Positions 61,545 through 64,000 of a stretch of 64,000 nt of DNA are shown here, one piece after another. The notes below the pieces were generated by a model. It made no database searches, was not told where the DNA came from, and saw only the letters and a program-made list of their open reading frames with translations. This stretch comes from a virus (Duplodnaviria; Caudoviricetes), in IMG/VR virus record IMGVR_UViG_3300033067_002207, positions 1,865-65,864 of that record; one strand, given 5' to 3'. The stretch's first letter is position 1. Each line of letters opens with the position of its first letter. The translations under genes and the position numbers were made by a program.

Positions 61545-62213
61545 ATGACGCACACGCACAGAGGCCACTGTCAGGCGTGCGGACGCCTGCAAGCCGTCAC
61601 GAACGAACATCACGGCTTCCCCCCGCGACTCGCCAAGCACGGCTATAAGGTCGCCGGATTTGGATACTTTTTCGGCACCTGCCGCGGCAGCGGGCACCAG
61701 CCGATCGAGCGGGATCACAGCCTGCTGGAGCAGATCGCCGTCAGCCTGACGGAATACGCCGACAGCCACGACCGCCTCGCCGCCGACTTCGAGGCTGGGC
61801 GCCGGACGCCAGACACCGTCCCCACCGGCCGGTTTGTGTACGTCGATCGCAAAGCGACGCCTGAGCGGTGCCCCTGGGCCGAGGCCGATCAATACGCCCA
61901 GGTTCAGGAAGTCAAGCGAATGGTCTGGCAGTATCAGTCCCAGGCGAAGCAGGCCCGCCAGCACCGCCAGATGCTGCTCGAACTGAAGGATCAACTGAGC
62001 GGCAAGCCGCTCACGGCCAACCCCGACCTGACCAAGCCCGCCCCGCTGACGGTCGAGCGGGGGATGTCCTGGGTCGCCGGCAACCGGACCTTCCGGGTCG
62101 TACGCTGCGAAGGCCGGCACGTGATCGTGGTGGCCGATGAGCAGCCGGGCCGCAACTGGCGGATGAGCCTGCAGATGGTTCGCAACCGGCTCAAGCAGGC
62201 CGCTCAGGGCTGA
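61545..62213 (+). CDS. Hypothetical protein with a zinc-binding N-terminus
   Basis: SD GAAAGG; H.GHCQACGR...HGY....GYF.G.C.GS. Confidence 0.75.
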   Translation: MTHTHRGHCQACGRLQAVTNEHHGFPPRLAKHGYKVAGFGYFFGTCRGSGHQPIERDHSLLEQIAVSLTEYADSHDRLAADFEAGRRTPDTVPTGRFVYVDRKATPERCPWAEADQYAQVQEVKRMVWQYQSQAKQARQHRQMLLELKDQLSGKPLTANPDLTKPAPLTVERGMSWVAGNRTFRVVRCEGRHVIVVADEQPGRNWRMSLQMVRNRLKQAAQG

Positions 62214-63457
62214 CTGCCGGTCCCCAGCGGGACGGCCGGCACCCGCACCGCTTTCCGCCCGGTGAACTTCTCCCACCGGGTGACGCTCAGGTCGACGTAC
62301 TGCGGCGACAACTCACAGGCGAAACACCGCCGCCCTAACTGCTCGCAGGCGATCAGCGTGGTGCCTGACCCCAGGAACGGATCGTATACCGCGTCGTCTT
62401 TCCCCCCGTGATTTCGGATCGGGCGGGCCATGCATTCGACCGGCTTCTGCGTGGAGTGGATCGTCTTGCCGTCGTCCACGTTCCCCTGCGTCCGGTGCAT
62501 GTTGGGGATGTCCCAAATCGTCGACTGCTTCCGGTCGCCGCACCATTTCGCGGACCCGCCCGGCCGCACGGCGTACCACAGCGGTTCGTGCTGCCAGTGG
62601 TAGTGGCCGCGGCTGATCACCAGCGACTTCTTCGCCCAAATCAACTGGCTCCGCGGCTCGAACCCCGCCGCCCGCAGGTGACTGACCACGTCGCCGGCGT
62701 ACCGGCCGGCGTGCCACACGTACGCGACGTGGCCGGGGAATAGCTGGTACGTCGGCGTCCAGTCCACCTGGCCGTCGTTCTCAACCGTGCCTTCCGCCCG
62801 CGTCTGCCACTCCTTGTTCAGGCCGGCGTTCAACCGCCACTCGGGGTCATAGTCGACCCCGTACGGCGGGTCGGTCACCATCAGGAACGGGACCGCGTCG
62901 CCCAGGAGTTCCGTCACCACCGTGGCCCTGGTCGAGTCGCCACAAATAATCTTATGGTCCCCGCAAATCCAGATGTCGCCAAGCTGGGTGACCGGCTCGG
63001 CGGGCGGTTCCGGCACCTCATCCTCGATCGCCGCGGTCGGCTGACCGAACGACGCCCCCGCCTGACGGGCGAGGTCTTTCAGCATCTTGTGGACGGCCTC
63101 GTTGTCGAACGACACCTTCGGCAGGATCAGGTCGAGCTTCTCCGCGTCCGACTTCGCCAGCGCCGCCAGCGGGTCGAAGGTGGCCAGAACCTTCAGCGCT
63201 TCTTCGTCGCTCAGGTTGCACACCAGGCACGGCACCTCGGCGTCGCCTGACGTCTCGGCCCGCAGATGGCCGTCGACGATTTCGTACTGATCGTCCCCCA
63301 CCGGCCGCACCAGCAGGGCGTCGACGAACCCGATCTCGTTCAGCACGCCCCGCAACGCCTGAGCCTGGTTCTCCGGGTGCTTCCGCCAGTTCTGCGGGTG
63401 CGGCCTCAGGCTGCTGGCCTTCAACCGAACGAGCTTCTCAATGCGATCTCGGATCAT
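62204..63457 (-). CDS. ParB-like domain fused to a DNA adenine methyltransferase
   Basis: LRPHPQNWRKH...IVDGHLR; VTDPPY; HSTQKP; YDPFLGSGTTLIA. Confidence 0.93.
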   Translation of the reverse strand: MIRDRIEKLVRLKASSLRPHPQNWRKHPENQAQALRGVLNEIGFVDALLVRPVGDDQYEIVDGHLRAETSGDAEVPCLVCNLSDEEALKVLATFDPLAALAKSDAEKLDLILPKVSFDNEAVHKMLKDLARQAGASFGQPTAAIEDEVPEPPAEPVTQLGDIWICGDHKIICGDSTRATVVTELLGDAVPFLMVTDPPYGVDYDPEWRLNAGLNKEWQTRAEGTVENDGQVDWTPTYQLFPGHVAYVWHAGRYAGDVVSHLRAAGFEPRSQLIWAKKSLVISRGHYHWQHEPLWYAVRPGGSAKWCGDRKQSTIWDIPNMHRTQGNVDDGKTIHSTQKPVECMARPIRNHGGKDDAVYDPFLGSGTTLIACEQLGRRCFACELSPQYVDLSVTRWEKFTGRKAVRVPAVPLGTGSQP

Positions 63458-63520
63458 AAAGCACCGCTGCCTCGCTGGGGATGGGTCAGCGAGGCAGCGT
63501 ATGGAACCGCAGGTCAGGCG

Positions 63521-64000
63521 TCAAGAGCCGGTGCCGCGGGCCGCGAGCATCGCGTCGGCCATCCCGTACCGAACCTGCCAGTACAACCGGAACCGCTCGG
63601 CTTGCGGCAGGCCGTTCCACCAATCGTCAAACTGCATCTTTATGGTGACGCCGCCCCCTTCGTCATCAGGGGCGAGGACGGCGAAGCTGTAGGCGTCCTT
63701 GATGGTCAGTCCCGCCGCGGACATGATCTCCACGCGCCCCGGCTGATCGACGTGGATCGCCGCGTAGTCCCGCAGGCTGATCGCCGGCCCGCAGCCGCAA
63801 ACCGGCCCGCAGCAGTCTGGTGTGCCTTCCTTCGCCGCAGGCAGGCCGGCCGCGGGCGGGTCAGCGGGCACCGTCTCATTCTTGCGGGCCAGCAGCCGGA
63901 AGCGTTCGGCAAGGAACCACAGGCCCATGCCGCCCAGCCGGACCGATCTCTGTGCAATCGCGGTTACCTCGTATCGGCATCCCGTCTTCAGCGAATGTTT
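63521..64000 (-). CDS. Hypothetical protein, 5' truncated
   Basis: Frame is open to the window end; SLRDYAA...Y.MADAMLAAR motif; ends in GTGS. Confidence 0.65.
   Translation of the reverse strand, partial: KHSLKTGCRYEVTAIAQRSVRLGGMGLWFLAERFRLLARKNETVPADPPAAGLPAAKEGTPDCCGPVCGCGPAISLRDYAAIHVDQPGRVEIMSAAGLTIKDAYSFAVLAPDDEGGGVTIKMQFDDWWNGLPQAERFRLYWQVRYGMADAMLAARGTGS

Noticed and set aside
1-64000. Many long ORFs on the opposite strand or in alternative frames (e.g. 20590-22134, 24117-25418, 39440-40801, 41923-43209)
   Set aside because: They shadow well-supported genes, are Arg/Pro/Gly-rich as expected for high-GC antisense frames, and lack motifs or SD sites.
1-64000. Mu-like transposable phage
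   Set aside because: Head genes are Mu-like, but no DDE transposase, MuB, Mor/C or gin was recognised, and replication appears prim-pol based.
1-64000. Apparent abundance of GATC/CGATCG as a methylation-related signal
   Set aside because: It can be explained by frequent ATC codons in high-GC context; an observed/expected k-mer calculation would be needed and was not run.
1-64000. Diversity-generating retroelement or alternative genetic code
   Set aside because: No reverse transcriptase motif or adenine-specific TR/VR pair was seen, and genes read through normally under code 11.

Overview
About 64 kb of a high-GC tailed dsDNA phage (Caudoviricetes), probably most of one genome; both ends of the window fall inside genes. 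The head module is Mu-like (DUF935-type portal, MuF, gpI-like protease/scaffold, gp36- and gpG-like proteins) with a lambda gpE/gpD-like capsid and decoration pair. The tail looks non-contractile (tube, chaperone, 681-aa tape measure, no sheath seen). Replication genes are a prim-pol, SF1 and SF2 helicases and an SSB-like protein. Two DNA methyltransferases, CsrA, an XRE repressor and an atypical tRNA are also present. No integrase, transposase, DNA polymerase or canonical endolysin was recognised. Host is inferred to be a planctomycete. Main candidates for new biology: (1) a probable virion O-glycosylation system, with Gly-Thr/Ser tags at the C-termini of capsid and tail proteins plus an operon of glycosyltransferases, a Maf/DUF115-like protein and a CMP-sugar synthetase-like protein; (2) a ~1037-aa beads-on-a-string protein of small domains joined by GAS[VI]AA linkers that recur in the prohead protease/scaffold and in two small tail-operon proteins; (3) two promoter classes, an ECF-like one (5 copies) and a sigma70 one carrying a GAC-N6-GTC operator (5 copies). 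All family assignments come from motif recognition by eye; no database search was run.
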